Positions 40,565 to 54,431 of a DNA stretch of 64,000 nt are shown here, one piece after another. Source of the DNA: Acanthaster planci. Taxonomy: Eukaryota. The translations under genes and the position numbers were made by a program. The notes under the pieces are model-generated. The model was not told the origin of the DNA, searched no databases, and saw only the letters and a list, made by a program, of their open reading frames with translations. How positions within the stretch are numbered: the stretch's first letter is position 1; each line of letters starts with the position of its first letter. The stretch spans positions 1,805,838-1,869,837 of the forward strand of contig NW_019091362.1 in the NCBI RefSeq assembly GCF_001949145.1, in the 5' to 3' direction.

Positions 40565-40807
40565 TTAATTAATTTTGGATTTTTTGCCCTGCCCGACGTG
40601 TATTATAACACTGTATACTCAGTGTATGCCCCAAAGGTTTGTGAAAAAAAACCACAAGAACACTCAGGTGGGACTCGAACCCACTAGTGGGTTCCAATCC
40701 CACCCGAACATGCTTGTGTTTTTTTTTTCACAAGCCTTCGGGGCATACACTGAGTATACAGTGTTATAATACACGTCGGGCAGGGCAAAAAATCCAAAAT
40801 TAATTAA
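40565..40807. repeat. tRNA-containing unit, fold-back copy 2 (near-perfect ~243-bp palindrome)
   Basis: TTAATTAATTTTGGATTTTTTGCCCTGCCCGACGTG ... CACGTCGGGCAGGGCAAAAAATCCAAAATTAATTAA, centred on CCCACTAGTGGG (40681-40692) with no spacer. Confidence 0.9.
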
Positions 40808-41305
40808 AATCTCCCAGGCGCAAGTTATCCTTGGAAATAAAACTAAAAGTGGAAATGGTCATTTACTGGTGACATACTCTTTTCCCAGCACTTTTATTAT
40901 AACTGGTCCTCTGCACTGTGTTATTAGAAATGGTTTATGGCAACCAACGATGCAACCAACCTGGCTGGTTGCGAGTAGTTGACGACACTCATCAAACCAT
41001 TGTTGACTAGCGTCGAACTCTGGTTAACTATGGTAATTGATCAGACTTGCCCTGAGCTAGAGGGTCTTGTTGCACCCAGTGGTAAGTAACTTGGACCAAA
41101 GGAGGCACACTGATATGCCTGACAGGAATTCAAGCCCAACATATTGCACTTTGTAGCATGGTATTAACACAACACTGGCACTGCTATTTGTCAGCATACG
41201 AAATATCTGTGTTCAGGCTTGCATGCAAACAGGAAGTCAGGTAGGATTACAAAGCACGCTGAAAGCACAGAAATTAATGTTGTCACCTGCTGAAGTATAG
41301 CATAC

Positions 41306-41551
41306 CTACAACATTAATGGGGAATTTGCATGACTTTGAGTTGCCGTATTTGTCAGAGGCGGTACATGTAACCATAGTCTCGCCAAGACCAAACTCGGAG
41401 CCTGATGCTTTGACACAAGAAACGCTGGGGCTGAGGTCGGCGTTATCTCTTACAGTTGGTGGATCATAATTCACAGTGGCGTACGCTTGGTGCCAATCCA
41501 CAGATACTTTATCCATTCGTGACGGGCAGGTGATGTTCGGTGATTCCTCAT
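41306..41551 (-). CDS. HYR exon E30 (paralog of E10)
   Basis: tag|...|gtatg, 246 nt, DEESPNITCP...CKFPINVV. Confidence 0.92.
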
Positions 41552-41720
41552 CTAGGGTGAAAAATAAAATTAACTTTTTGGTACCCAAGTGCAGATAGAT
41601 TACATGGGGCTTTACCATTCACATAAAAATGAAACGAAAGAAAAATTGAAAAAAAACCCCCAAACAAAACAAAAACAAAAACTGACCCTGCGCAATTATG
41701 CACTCCACTGGCATGCTTAC

Positions 41721-41963
41721 CGTTGATGACAATGGTGAAAGTACAGGTCTCTTCATTGCCAGCGTTGTCCCTAGCTGTGCAGTTGACACTAGTTGAGCCA
41801 ATGTCAAACTGTGAGTCGGCCACTCTGTCACAGTCAACCTTTGGTCTGGGATCTGCATTATCGAATGCCTTGGGTGTCTCGAAGTCTATGACTGCATACG
41901 ACACACCAACTTCAGTAGGCTCGTCCATGTCAATTGGACAAGTAATGCTTGGCTCTTCAGTAT
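41721..41963 (-). CDS. HYR exon E31 (paralog of E11)
   Basis: cag|...|gtaag, 243 nt, DTEEPSITCP...CTFTIVIN. Confidence 0.92.
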
Positions 41964-44900
41964 CTGCCGAGTGGAAATAAATGATAACCAGCTAGTGATA
42001 AGATAGCAAGACAATAAGAGAATCCTGTTTGCCAAACTTCATGCATTTATGCCGCTTTAAAAGTAATTGCTGAAAAGTCTTGTATTTCAATGGCACCAAA
42101 TTTCTAGTGCAAGTCACCAGTAATGCACACTACTATTTTTACAAGATTTTTATGAGCTACGAGGAATTGCTTGGTATGAAAATCACGATTACAAAAGTTC
42201 AAAATTGCTGCTAAGCATCTGTTTTTCAACTGTGGCGCATCTGTACGGTTTTGGAAATGGACACTTAAGTTGTACAAATATGTTGCATCTGGAAGCCAAC
42301 CAAAGCAAACATTTCAATCACTCTGAAAAGCTGAAGCTTCATTTATATGATCTTGACTGGACTGAAAAATTACATCATTAAAGCAACTGCTGCTTATGGT
42401 TGATTTCACTGTTTTTTTGCTGGACAATATAAAGCAAAGAACATCTGCTTTACTTGGATTCACTTTTCTCTTTCGTTGGGGGTATACAGAGCATGAAATT
42501 ACGGTCGGATATCGGACATTTTCTGAGTACTTATTACATTTTTCCAAACAAAATCAAAGATGCTCGAGCAAATTGTCCGACCAACATATTGATAACAGCT
42601 CTTAAAATATCAACACAATATGTGGGATTATGGTATCCGATTTATTATTAGTTTTGTGTTAGAATTACGTAAATTACGCCCGGGGCATTCATCAGAGGTG
42701 ATCGCTCATCACCAGCCCATGTCACCCAGCGCCACGCGTGTATGAACACACATACTTACTTGCACAGACATGAAATCGCCCCATAATTCTTTGCACATTG
42801 GTTGACAGCATGACCTATGTTTTACAATGTTCAATTTTGCATGCTAACCCATGCATGAAACATAACCTGGGTACCAGGCAATATGGACCTGTGGTGGTTG
42901 GCTGCGTTCGCGTGGTTCCTCCAGTTCAACCCGAGTGTGGTGCGTGCACATTATATTTCTGGATGTGCAATGGGAGTATGCCCTCGTTGACCCACGGGTC
43001 TTACTCCAGCCGAACACGAGTAGCTCGCTCAAACGCAACCCTTAGTCATGGCGAGAACTTGCTCCGAATTAGACTGTTTCTCGGTCCCCCTAGTCTGAAC
43101 AAAAATAATAATGGGGTTGGGAGCCCCAACTCTACCTTTGGTGTAATATGGCAGATCAAAAGCTGGTAACGGCAGAACAAAATTGATTGTGTTATGACAT
43201 TTTCTTGAAGCACTTTTTTGGTCTAATTGCTGGTATATGTATTTCAGTGCCACCTTTTGTCAGATGTAGCGTGAAAAAAAGTATTCATGATGTGCCATCC
43301 GACGTCATGGTTACAACTAAAACAGAATGTTGCCGGGTACACTGTACATCCATTTTGTTTGCACAAATTTGATCAAGAAGTAATGATGCCGGACAGATTT
43401 CTTTGGAATAAGTGACCTTTGATGCTACCACTAAATTTAAGCAAATCACGATGCATGTGCAAACCACCTGGCAAGGTTTCAATAAAGGACAATATAAAGG
43501 TAAACAAAGGGCACATATGCTTATACCGCTACTTGTTCATGTAACAGATATGTGCTGATGCAGAGACAAATGCAATGACCAGACTTACAAGCCATCACTG
43601 CGAGACTATCGCGTTTGCAAGAAGGTAGTATAACCACGTGACATTGCTCTCTGACAAATACCGGTTTGGTGCTGCGACTAAAATATGCACACAGGCTCAA
43701 GTTAAAACTGTGAGTGCAATGGTCCACAGGAATGTCGTGTCCTCGGATGTATCAACAGATACAGGAATGTGCAACCTGCTGAGTTTCGCGATAAAGAAAC
43801 CCTCGTCTTGAAGACACTTTTTCTGCGTTCCCTGAGTTTGTTCAGTGAATGTAAAAAACAAACTAAATATCAGTCAGCGAGTGTGTATGCATATTCTCCC
43901 GTTAACCTACTGCTATTTTCAGTATTTAGCAGGGGCACAGACAGCCCTGCTGTGAAACCAAAGTGTAGTAGCCCCTGAAGAAGGGCAAGGTACACAGGTT
44001 TCTTACATCAAATACAAACAGTCCATTTGATGATGCTTGATGTTTGTGTGCACAAACAATGAAATCTAGTTTAGACAGACATCCGGCTGGTGTGTGATCG
44101 ATGTTGGTGGGCCAGGATGGCCAAGCGGGCAGGTGCTTTCAGTAGACCTACGCCATGCCTCCCACCTGGCCTTTTGTTACCCTGTAGCCCTTGTGTGGCT
44201 CCTTGGCCAAACTTCTCAGGACTCTGTTGTGTGCTTAGGCATGTTGGGTGAAGGGACTTCCAAAAGTTAAGTCTGATGATTTGACTTATACACCTGCATG
44301 CGTCCTCTTTCCTTCCAGTTTAGGGTCCTGCGGACGGTCAAGTGGTCATACAACACGCCCCAAGCTCGATCCACTATCTGCAATGTATTTGGTATGGCAT
44401 CCTGTCTCAACTGGTTTGTCACCTTCTTTGGGGTTCTTGCTGTCTGCAGGCTCCGACCTGTGTTTTGAATGTTGTGGCACTGTGAACAGTTGTAACTTTC
44501 ACTTGCTTTTTTTCTAGCCATACCAGAAGGGGTGCATGACCACCACAAATGGCAAGCAGAGGGTCGTCCTTCTTCAGCCTTGAATTCTAGATTGCTTCTG
44601 GTGTTCCACAGCAGTTGACATACAGCATGCCACATACACTGACATTGTTTGTCAAGTTCCTTACACAGGGCTGGGGTTGAAAACACATTTTCCATGTGAG
44701 TATGGTGACCTTTATCATAAACTAGTGCACAAAGTAATGTCACAACAGTATAGTACAAATAAGCCTCAGTATCACTAGTTTTCCTCTCCTGATGTGATTC
44801 ACCGAAATCCGGATGTATCCCATCTTCGTCTCAGGCCAAATGCCAGCCATTCAAACTCCCAACTCCCTAGGCTCCTGCACTAGTAAGCATACTGAACCTC

Positions 44901-46089
44901 ACAAAATCCAACAGGTGCATGTACTTGTCTATGTACTTGTACATGCAGGTTAGTGTACCAAACCTGATAAACTCCAACAGAATGAGCCCGTTGGAGTTTG
45001 AGTGATGTGGTATGGATGGGTCTATGCAGTATAGGATGACTTGCACTGAACAGTACCAAACCTGACAAAATCAAGCATAGTCCAACAATTGGTTCAGCAA
45101 TAGCCAGCACTGCACACAATGCGTCCCAACACACACAGAATCCAACACCATCTCGCCAGGCCTTTCATCCCAAGTCTCACAAAATTCAACAAGAAGTTCA
45201 TCAGGCACGGTACCTCTCAAAACCTGCTGTTGGAGTATGGCAAGTTTGGGGTAGTGAGGTTTAATGAGGCTTGTTAGTTTGTGTACCGGTACCTTCCTTC
45301 CAGTGCGGCCCTAGAAAGGTATGATGTTTTTAATCAACTGACAGCTCTCGGTTCACCGACTGAGTTCCACTCACAAGCATGTTCATGATCTCTTTTATTT
45401 TAAATGTACCTCCCCTATCATGGTTGCAAGTACCAGATGCTGACAACATGGTGTTGTCGGTGCAGTACCAGAAAGGTACATGAAAGAGCAGCTGATCCTG
45501 GCCATCAGGGGTCTCATTCCTGGGGCCCACTGTACTGGCGTTTTGTTGCAGCGCACACTCGGCCAGAGGTTAGCACAGATTTTCAATCAAAAAACAGCAG
45601 ACAATTTCACAGATATTAACCACACACCTGTCTGTCAAAAAGAGCCAGGGGTCAATGTTTTGTCACACTAATCAATTTATAAAAAGAATTTGGTTGCAGA
45701 TAGCAGCACGGGAATAAATGCACTGGGTGACAGAAGTTCTGAAAACACAGGACACCTTAAGTTCATTGATCAGTTGCTAATGAGCTGAAATAACAACACT
45801 TTTTTGTACTTCATGTCGGTTGAATACTTTTTGAGTACTTTTCTTCTGGAAAAAAATACAGTTTTATTAAAATGGGGAAGTCTGACATCTCGAATTTATT
45901 TTCCTCTTATTGTGCAAGTATCACAAAATATACCATGTTCTTCAAAGTCAATATTTGACAGTGAATGTGGTACTCGAAGAGCACTTAACGAGCAAACTGG
46001 TATCTGGTGGCATCTTATGTGTTGCTACACCTCTGTGAAGGACGAAGCATAAGCGACTACAGGTTAATTCTTAAGTCCTAGGTACTTAC

Positions 46090-46332
46090 CTTCTACAAAA
46101 ATAGTGAAGGTGCAGTTCTTCTTGTTGCGGGCTGTATCAATGGCGGTGCACGTCACAGTGTTTTTTCCAGCGTTAAACGTTGTGGCCGACCTTGGGGTGC
46201 AGGTGACTCGGGGATCATTGTCCCAGTTGTCTTCTGCAGTTGGGGTTTTGTAGGAGACTGTGGCAAACGACTGGCCCTCGTCCATACTTGGGGCCATATC
46301 ATCTGGGCAGTCAAAGGTTGGCGCTTCCGTGT
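46090..46332 (-). CDS. HYR exon E32 (paralog of E12)
   Basis: aag|...|gtaag, 243 nt, DTEAPTFDCP...CTFTIFVE. Confidence 0.9.
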
Positions 46333-47804
46333 CTTTACAAGAAATAACAAAAGGCATTACTTTCAATGTGGCCTGCAACACTTTCGAAACTTTCCCTTCC
46401 AAATTGACATGATACATTCTCTGAAACTGAGGCCAAACAAAGAAGTTTTCCTGCCGCCCAGTCAAACAGACTATCCATGGAATTTGAAATAAGATGTAAT
46501 TTTTGCATCTGGGTATTTAATTTCCACCTATGCTATTGTGCCGTAATACAAAGGACCTATGCAACACTGAAACTGCACCTTTGTGATTCGACTAATCTTA
46601 TTTTCAATTGCTGTTTTGCTATTTTTATTTCGGAAACCTTTTGGTTCCGATGTTAATGATTTACATATTCATGAACAAAAATCTGATGTCATAATGGGCA
46701 CTGGGTCATTATCTCAAACTGACTAGCAAACAAAGACTGCTGGAATTTTGTATAGTTGCTGTCATATGTACATGTATTTCCATTCCTTGGGCAATTCACT
46801 GTAATGTAACAGTGTCTTCCCTGATTTACATCACAGTAATAGCACCCTCACTTGCCTGGAAAGGCTTGAACAATTTTTTTGTGTTAGAGCTTGTATACTT
46901 TCGTCAGCATTACTGTGAGAACATTTCCAACAGTTTTCACGCAAATGCCCCAACAGACCTTTTTCATCCACGTAACTGGATTATGCTAAACAATACCACC
47001 AAGTGTGGACTGCCGTGGCGACGGTGATTGCATATATTCCTACCGGCAGCTTCAACCACGTACAAGCGCACGTGTGAACGCTGCATGCTTGACTAGTTAT
47101 CTAAATTACCATCACAAAACACCGCGGTCCAGCCTGAGTGGGACTTCATGGGAAAAGGTCTATAGTGAGTATGGGAAAAACTTGTTGCATGGATCCCTTT
47201 AAGATTCAAGGTGTAAGCTTGGGACTTCTCTAAAGTTCCAAGAGTGCTAGTGCACAGTGCTATTATGTCTGTGGCGGGCAAAAGCCAAACACAAATAACC
47301 GGAGAATGAATCGAAGGAGGAAATGAAACTTGCTAACACTATTTGTGCCTCAGACGACCATAAGAAACGGCACTTGGAAAGGTGACTATAACAAAAAACC
47401 AGCTGCACCTGTGCAAGGCTACTCTTTGATGTGATTGGGTAAGCATGCAATGAACTGGGTCAGATACTGCAAAGGAATGCAATATGGCATACATGTATGT
47501 TGCACCATCAAGTGCCAGTTCTGCAGGATCACAGCAAATAATTTAAGCAAGTGGCTCAAATACATCTCTTTTTTCAACCTCCAAAGAGGGGAACTGTGCC
47601 ATTTCTTTGATTTATTCCACAGGCTTCTGTTCAGGGGAGGAAAAAAAAATAGTGTTCTAGTGCCTAATTTGTTGAGTGCCGAAGCCCAGAATTGGCCTCG
47701 CTATAGTCAATGCAGCATGCGAGATGGATAACATGTACTTTAATACGCATGAACTGAGAATTGAAATGACTGGATTGCAGCAAGTTATGCCAACTATGCC
47801 ATAC

Positions 47805-48047
47805 CTTTGACAATGACACCGAAGGAGCATTGGTTGGAGTTTCCAGAGCTGTCTGTAGCTGTACAGGTGACGTTTTTTGTGCCGATCGTAAATTCTGAAC
47901 CGCTCGGCGGTACGCACTCTATCGTCGGGACATTGCCAGAATTGTCAGTTGCCGTTGGCATGTTGTAGTTAACGAAAGTCGATGACGAACCCGGATCAGC
48001 CGAACTTGGCATGGGAATTTGGCATTTAATTATGGGCCCCTCGTTAT
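47805..48047 (-). CDS. HYR exon E33 (paralog of E13)
   Basis: cag|...|gtatg, 243 nt, DNEGPIIKCQ...CSFGVIVK. Confidence 0.92.
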
Positions 48048-48974
48048 CTGGAAAACAAAAGCAACATTTGGGAAATAAGACAGCAATCAATCCCCTAAAT
48101 TTGTACACGTACATGTAGCTTGTTAAACTTTAAACCTCACATAAAGTTGTTACACATATTGCCAGTAGCTAGTTAATTAATCTGCCATCATTATATGAAG
48201 CTTCCATTTGACATATAAACAGTATCATGGCTTCCTCCTATAAATGCAATATATGAAGGTCATGGATGGCTTTTTTTGTTCAATGATGTTGATTCCATCC
48301 AACAAAATGTCCAGGAGAAACTACTGGGCTGTTGAGATTTTGAAGAATACTATTGGTCAACAGTTGTCAAAGTACCATGATATTGCACAGCTTTCAATTG
48401 GACAAAATTGTACTAGGAAGGGATGCCAGTAGGTCGTTGGTCCAGGGCGGAAAAATTTCCAAAGTGGGAAAAGTTTTTTGAAAGTCCTGGACAATAAAAT
48501 CCTGGAGAATAGTATGCATGGGATCTGATCTAAGAAGGCTGCACATAATGAACACTAATGGCTGAAATGAGCAGAAATCCCTGAGCATCCTGCCCCCTTT
48601 TCTGACAAACCTACTTGTACTGTTGAAAGACTCTGGCCTTTAGTTTGCTTGCAAACAAGTGAACGCTTGTTTTGGTTGTCTTGTCTGGCTGGCAACGGAT
48701 GTACATGTATTGGTACCTGTATATAATCTGCCAGCACATGATGCACTGTGCTTTACATAGATACGTGAGTATGCAACTTACATTGTAAGTCCAGAACAAA
48801 ACATCCATCCCTGTACTTTTTTATTTCAACCAGTGTCAGTTGAACTTATTTTTCACCTTACGTTTTAACTTTCAGTTTCCCAACTTGCAACTTCAATATG
48901 GACGTTTCACAATTGTGCACCTCCAAGAGTTTGCAAAGTGTTGTCCAATCACAATGTATGAAATCTGTCGACCC

Positions 48975-49896
48975 AATGCCGAGTACACTGGTGATGGGTC
49001 CGAGTCCAAAGCACTAAGTATGTGTGCATTCAGGGCCAAGTACTGGGCTGAGTTTGAGTCCAAGTCTAATTACAATACCAAAAAATTGAATGAACAAAAT
49101 GAAATACAAGTACTAAAGTGACCACATCTACATTACCTCCAACAAACACATCACGCAACATTCACCTTTGCTGACTAGTTACATGTAACACTTACGAAAT
49201 TGTTAACATATTGACAAGTCAATGAATTCTCTGTCGGTTTGTGATCACCAAGCATTTCTTAACACCAACAAGAGGAAAATAAATTGTGAATAAATGCCCC
49301 TTATCACTGAGCTCTCGATAATCTCCATAAGCTCACTATATAATTATAAATGCCGGAAATTGTCAATATATTCAAAAACAAACAAAAAAAAAAGATAAGA
49401 AAAAGTACCACAAAACCTCTGTCAGTGTTAGTCCATCGGGCACCCAAGAAAAAACAAAGTGTTGCTCTTGAAAGGTTAGCTCGGCTCATACTCATATTAG
49501 CCCTGCGATAAAAACTGCTTAGGTAGTAACTACATGTAGACTGGCAGAAAGGTTTTTTGTACATGCACCCAGGGCATGGTACGCATTCTATACATAAATG
49601 TGTGTTTAGAACTAGAACATTGCATTGTGTTCAAGGTTGAGCAAAGCAAACTTTGCTCATAACTCGGTGCCCAAAAACGCTATCAGTAAAAGTTGAAGTG
49701 CTCAAATTTTTCTCGAGTACTAGAGTCGAGTACAGACTATGTACATGTAGGGGTGGAGTACGCCCAAAATCCAGGTGCATGTACAAAGAATTGAGTATGG
49801 GCCAAGTACAATTAAGTTTTCGAGTACTGACAATTGAGTATGGCCGAGTACTCTAGTGTACTCAATTTGTACTTGAGTACAAGTACTCCAACACTG
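48975..49896. mobile_element. hAT-like non-autonomous relic with GAGTAC/GTACTC-rich subterminal repeats
   Basis: Dense GAGTAC/AGTACT motifs at 49710-49890 ending in CAACACTG (reverse complement CAGTGTTG); left end and TSD not found. Confidence 0.4.
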
Positions 49897-50353
49897 CCAG
49901 CCCACAAATGCCGGGGGCCAGAGGGATTCCCTAAAATACAGGAGAGCTGAAATTCCAGTAACTGCCTGGAAATCTGGTACTCCTGAGTAGGAAACCATGT
50001 GGTTGGCAACGTACGATGCACGATACACCCCTGATAGTTTCACATACATAGTTTCATGTACACTCTTTGTGCATGGTCCAGGACTGGATGCTGACTACAC
50101 AGTTTGTCTTCCATTTTAAAAACCTTTGAAGGCTTGCCTACTGGGCAAATACTGTGTGTGGTGCTGTGGACTTTGCCTACAACAGTGGCTTTTGTACATT
50201 ATGAAAGTGGGTTGATAACAGTCCTTAAGTCTTAATGGAAAGGGAGATATTTTTTTGGAGAACAACAACCCTCCGGCAGCAGCGGTCCTGAAGGGACAGC
50301 AGCATCAGTAGCACCCTCCAAACAAGCAACAGATGTAACCAATCTTTTCTTAC

Positions 50354-50593
50354 CTTCAACTAGGACTTCAATATCGCAAGAGTCGAAGTTGCCATCATCG
50401 TCAACGGCGGTGCAAGTGACCTCGGTCTTGCCAATGTCGAATTCCTCACCCGAGGGCGGAGTACAGCTGACCTGTGGCTCAGGGTCCACATTGTCGAAGA
50501 CATTTGGGCTAAATTCCACTATGGCGTAGGACTTGCCTTCTTCCACAGGCTCAGTTATGACAATGGGACAGTCAAGCTCTGGTTTCTCAGTAT
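50354..50593 (-). CDS. HYR exon E34 (paralog of E14)
   Basis: cag|...|gtaag, 240 nt, DTEKPELDCP...CDIEVLVE. Confidence 0.92.
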
Positions 50594-51402
50594 CTGAAAG
50601 GTATCCAAAGGGACAAGACCCTCAGAAGTGCGGTGCTCATCATTTCATTAGTCTATGTAATAAAGAGATGTTAGGTTTGAAACTAGACCAGATATGATGT
50701 TACTTAAATAGAGCTGTGCCGACTATCCCAATGTTTGATCGATTGAATATTGGAATACTATAATTTTCCAAATTTGAATGTTTGAATGCAAAATTCGTAA
50801 AAGGAATGGAGAAGTTTCTTTTGTTTTAAATGAGAACAATTTCTCTGTGGAGGCTTGTTTCAAGCAAATTCAAATGAAAAGCGGCAGAAACCTTACAACA
50901 ATTCAAAAAATACATTATTCATTAAAAAGTAACAGGCATAGAAATTTTCAACAGGACAAAAAGCATTGTCCATCTCTTAAATCTTGCTAAATTGTGGCTG
51001 GAGATATTCCTATATGTAAAAAGCTATAGTGATTACAATGTATAACAGTGTGCGTAACTGCAACTGATTTTGTATATCGTTCATTATCAACAATCTGCCT
51101 GTAGGTAAGATGAAATATTTGATTGAATTGAAGGTTGAATATTCGAACAGTGGATCATTGGAACTGACTGAGCCTAACATTTAAACGCCAGATGGAATTT
51201 AGTATAAATTTGGATTTAATTTTGATGTCAAAAGCATCTCCAGGAAGATAAATCTGTTAAAAGACTTTGAAACCTTGTTGACTAGTAGGACAAATCCTGT
51301 GCTTGCCTTCAAAACAATGACCTAGGAGATGTTTCCAGGATGGGAAAAATTCATACAGAATCAAAGCTAAAAAGTGGAAACTGGAAAGCAATGCCTCCAT
51401 AC

Positions 51403-51645
51403 CTTTCACGTTGATTGTGAAATTGCACGTTGCTTCATTCATAGAAGAGTCAACGGCTGTACACTCAACTGTCGTTGGTCCAAATGAAAATTCTGAACCG
51501 GTTGTTTCAGAGCAGGTGACTTTTGGAGAAGCATCAACATTGTCCGACACAGCTGGAGGAGGGTACTCCACGGTAGCGAACGACTTGCCCTCATCGGTTG
51601 GGGGATCCATGGATTCAGGGCATTCCAGCGTGGGTTCTTCATCAT
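51403..51645 (-). CDS. HYR exon E35 (paralog of E15)
   Basis: cag|...|gtatg, 243 nt, DDEEPTLECP...CNFTINVK. Confidence 0.92.
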
Positions 51646-52566
51646 CTGGAAACCAAAACTCAAAGATATTATGTTCTGATTGGCAACGTCTATTACTAAA
51701 CAACTCTGAATGGCTGCAACATGGAATTCTCATACACCCTACAGATAAGAGGGGGTCTATAATAAAATCTGACAGCAGTCACTGACCTTTGTTCCATGGT
51801 GTCACTGTGATCTTAAATCATGACGACTTTGCCTGGCTGTAAAGCTAGCCACACAGCCCACCAAGTTTTGCTTGTCAACCAACATGTTTGAAAGGTGGCC
51901 ACCAAACTTTCAAGTCTAGTTGACAAGTTAAGCATTTTGGGGATACATTCTGGTAAATTTCAAAGTATCCAGCATAATCTTGACGAAAAGAAGCTGTCAA
52001 GAATGGCTACAATTGCTTCCTACCACAGTGATAAGGGCAATAAATCAATTGTGTTTCTGACGTGATCCTTAACCCGAAATGAGCCGGGACGAGGCGGATA
52101 AGAATCTGTCCCACCCCTACATTTTGCCCGATATTGCAAAAGTGCATTTTTGGGGTGAAAATCAAATCTATCGTTTTTGTGTTGTGGCCATTTTTGCTAA
52201 TCAGGCTAGCCAGAGATGTACATGTATACTTTTTCCAATCCAGTGCTCAATGCATGTGGCCTGGCACGCATGTAGAATTGAACTTCAAAGGACCACAACA
52301 ACAAAAACTGTGTCTGATTGAGTTTAAACGAGTTTAGTTTGTGACGATAAGGAGTGTTTTCTTTATATATACAAAGCTTCAATAAAAAATAGAGCAGGGC
52401 ACACCCTTCTGTGTGTGTGTGGGGGTCGAATGCCTTAACTTTACTTCTTTTAAAAACTTTTTCTGTTTTTCAGTCCGGTCGTTGGGCCTTTTAGGGGATT
52501 ACATTGTGTGGTAAGTAGCAGGGTATCACTATATCTCCTGATTACCAGGAAAAAAAATTTCCCCAC

Positions 52567-52812
52567 CTTCAACGGTGACGTCAAATTTACATCCCTTCTT
52601 ATTGCCGGCGTCGTCTATGGCCTTGCATCGGACAGTAGTAGTACCAATCCCAAACTCTGTATTCGTGCCCTTATCGCATGTCACTTCGGGATTGGGATCC
52701 GCATTGTCAGTTGCTGTAGCTTCACCATAGTCCACAGTAGCAGTCCGCTTGCCAGTATCGGTTTTAACATCCGGCATGGGTATCGGACATATAATCTTGG
52801 GCTTTTCGTCAT
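52567..52812 (-). CDS. HYR exon E36 (paralog of E16/E19)
   Basis: cag|...|gtggg, 246 nt, DDEKPKIICP...CKFDVTVE. Confidence 0.92.
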
Positions 52813-54403
52813 CTGAAAACCAGAAAAAAAAACAACCACCAATCAAAATACCACATAAACGTTGTCCTGGAAATTGAGGAGAGGGGAAATGGGAAACAGG
52901 AATAAGGCTTTATTAGCAACTTAAATTTGAATAACATCTGGTACACTGCATTCTTTAAATTCACAAAAATATCACAATTTGAATTCCTCAGACTAAAGAC
53001 ACTGCTGCTATACATGGCCCTTTTCCAATGCTCAACTTGGACTCCGTCTCAGGCTTCGTTCCCCAAACCAATCCCCGATTGTGGGCCTGAAGCGTTTAAA
53101 TTAAATTGGATTACTGTAATTTCTGGCTCTCTTGCATCTTATTTGATGTTTTGTGGCACTATTAGACTAATTACTGCACTTACAGCTTCAAAGTCATCTG
53201 GTAAAAAAACTGGCGAAGCCTGAGACGGAGCCAAAGTTGAGTACTGGAAAACGGCCCATGTATCTCAAAATTTGGGGCAAGCTTTTCCTTAGTTACATAA
53301 GAGACACTTTGCAACAATACACTGTTCTCAATGGATAAGAAGGGCAGAAAGGAACCAGTCCATTCCAGAGATGGCAGTTACTATGCAAAAGCTTGCCACG
53401 AATCACGAGGTATAGTCTTTAGTCTGGGGAATTCAAATTCTTCTATTTATGTGCAATCAGATAACTCAGTGTACCAGATTTTATTCAGATTTAACTTGCA
53501 AAAGGCTTATTGTGGGGGGGTGACTTGCTTTGCCCCAGAATTGGACAGTGGGAGTGTGGGGGTGTGGGGTAATGCTTCTGACAGACGTACCTCTGTGGAT
53601 TTATTACATTCTTATGTAACCCCGTCCCAAAAGAGGTCTTGGGTTACAACTTAAAACGTTATTTCTGCATGACTATGTCTTCCTTTTGCATACTTAAATT
53701 GTTCTTTCCTGAGCTTTGACTTTTCTACTGGTAAGCAGTGTTCCAGTGGTGAACCTTTGATCTATTGCCTGTTCCTTTTGTCAAATAGCTTTCCTAGAAG
53801 ATCACAGGATGTTCTTTGTATCCACTGCCTTTAATCTCTGACTAGTACACCCGTGTGTACACTCCCAGTAAACTTTTCAGATCAGCAGGATGTTGGGACA
53901 CTTAATCCCTAGTTGTTGTTCATACCTTACTCCAAGCTGTGAAAGCCATAAACTTCTGCCGAGTGCTCATCTGCCTAGATACTAGATGACCAATCAGTAT
54001 TGGAGTCGTGTGCGGCACTTTTTAAGTAGTCCAATGAGAGCCTGAGCTAGTCATGTGGCAAAGGCATGTTCTGGGGAGCAGTTTGCCCCAGACTTTTGGC
54101 AAGCTAGGCATTACAAACTTTGCCATCGTGCTGACTACATGCCTGCCGAACTCTGTCTGCGCTCTGCACTACTTTTCTTTGGATTGGAGGATTTCAAAAT
54201 CCAAGTCTTCCCCTTATGTTCACAAGTGTTGGCTCTCTATCTTACGCAAGTTTGAGTTCCTATTTATATCATTGCATACTATTGTGTAATTTTTCTGGAG
54301 TTTAGTCAATGTATTTTTCACTGTGACTCTTGTTGTAAACTGTGAAAAGAAGTTTACCGATCGATTACATGATATTTTGGGGATATTTTTGGGTATATAT
54401 TTT

Positions 54404-54431
54404 TAAGTCCAAGTCCAAGTCCAAGTCCAAG
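54404..54431. repeat. (AAGTCC)n microsatellite
   Basis: About 4.5 perfect units. Confidence 0.9.

Noticed and set aside
47005..47202. GDGDC motif resembling the OTU protease GDGNC
   Set aside because: Only five residues, with no supporting downstream motifs.
50709..51152. GAATATTCGAA-rich hAT-like MITE relic
   Set aside because: Termini too degraded and no TSD found.
4878..51785. Plus-strand ORFs overlapping HYR exons (e.g. 4878-5147, 12244-12654, 18510-18908, 28222-28557, 51411-51785)
   Set aside because: Antisense shadows of the minus-strand exons; they coincide with exon extents and have no independent features.
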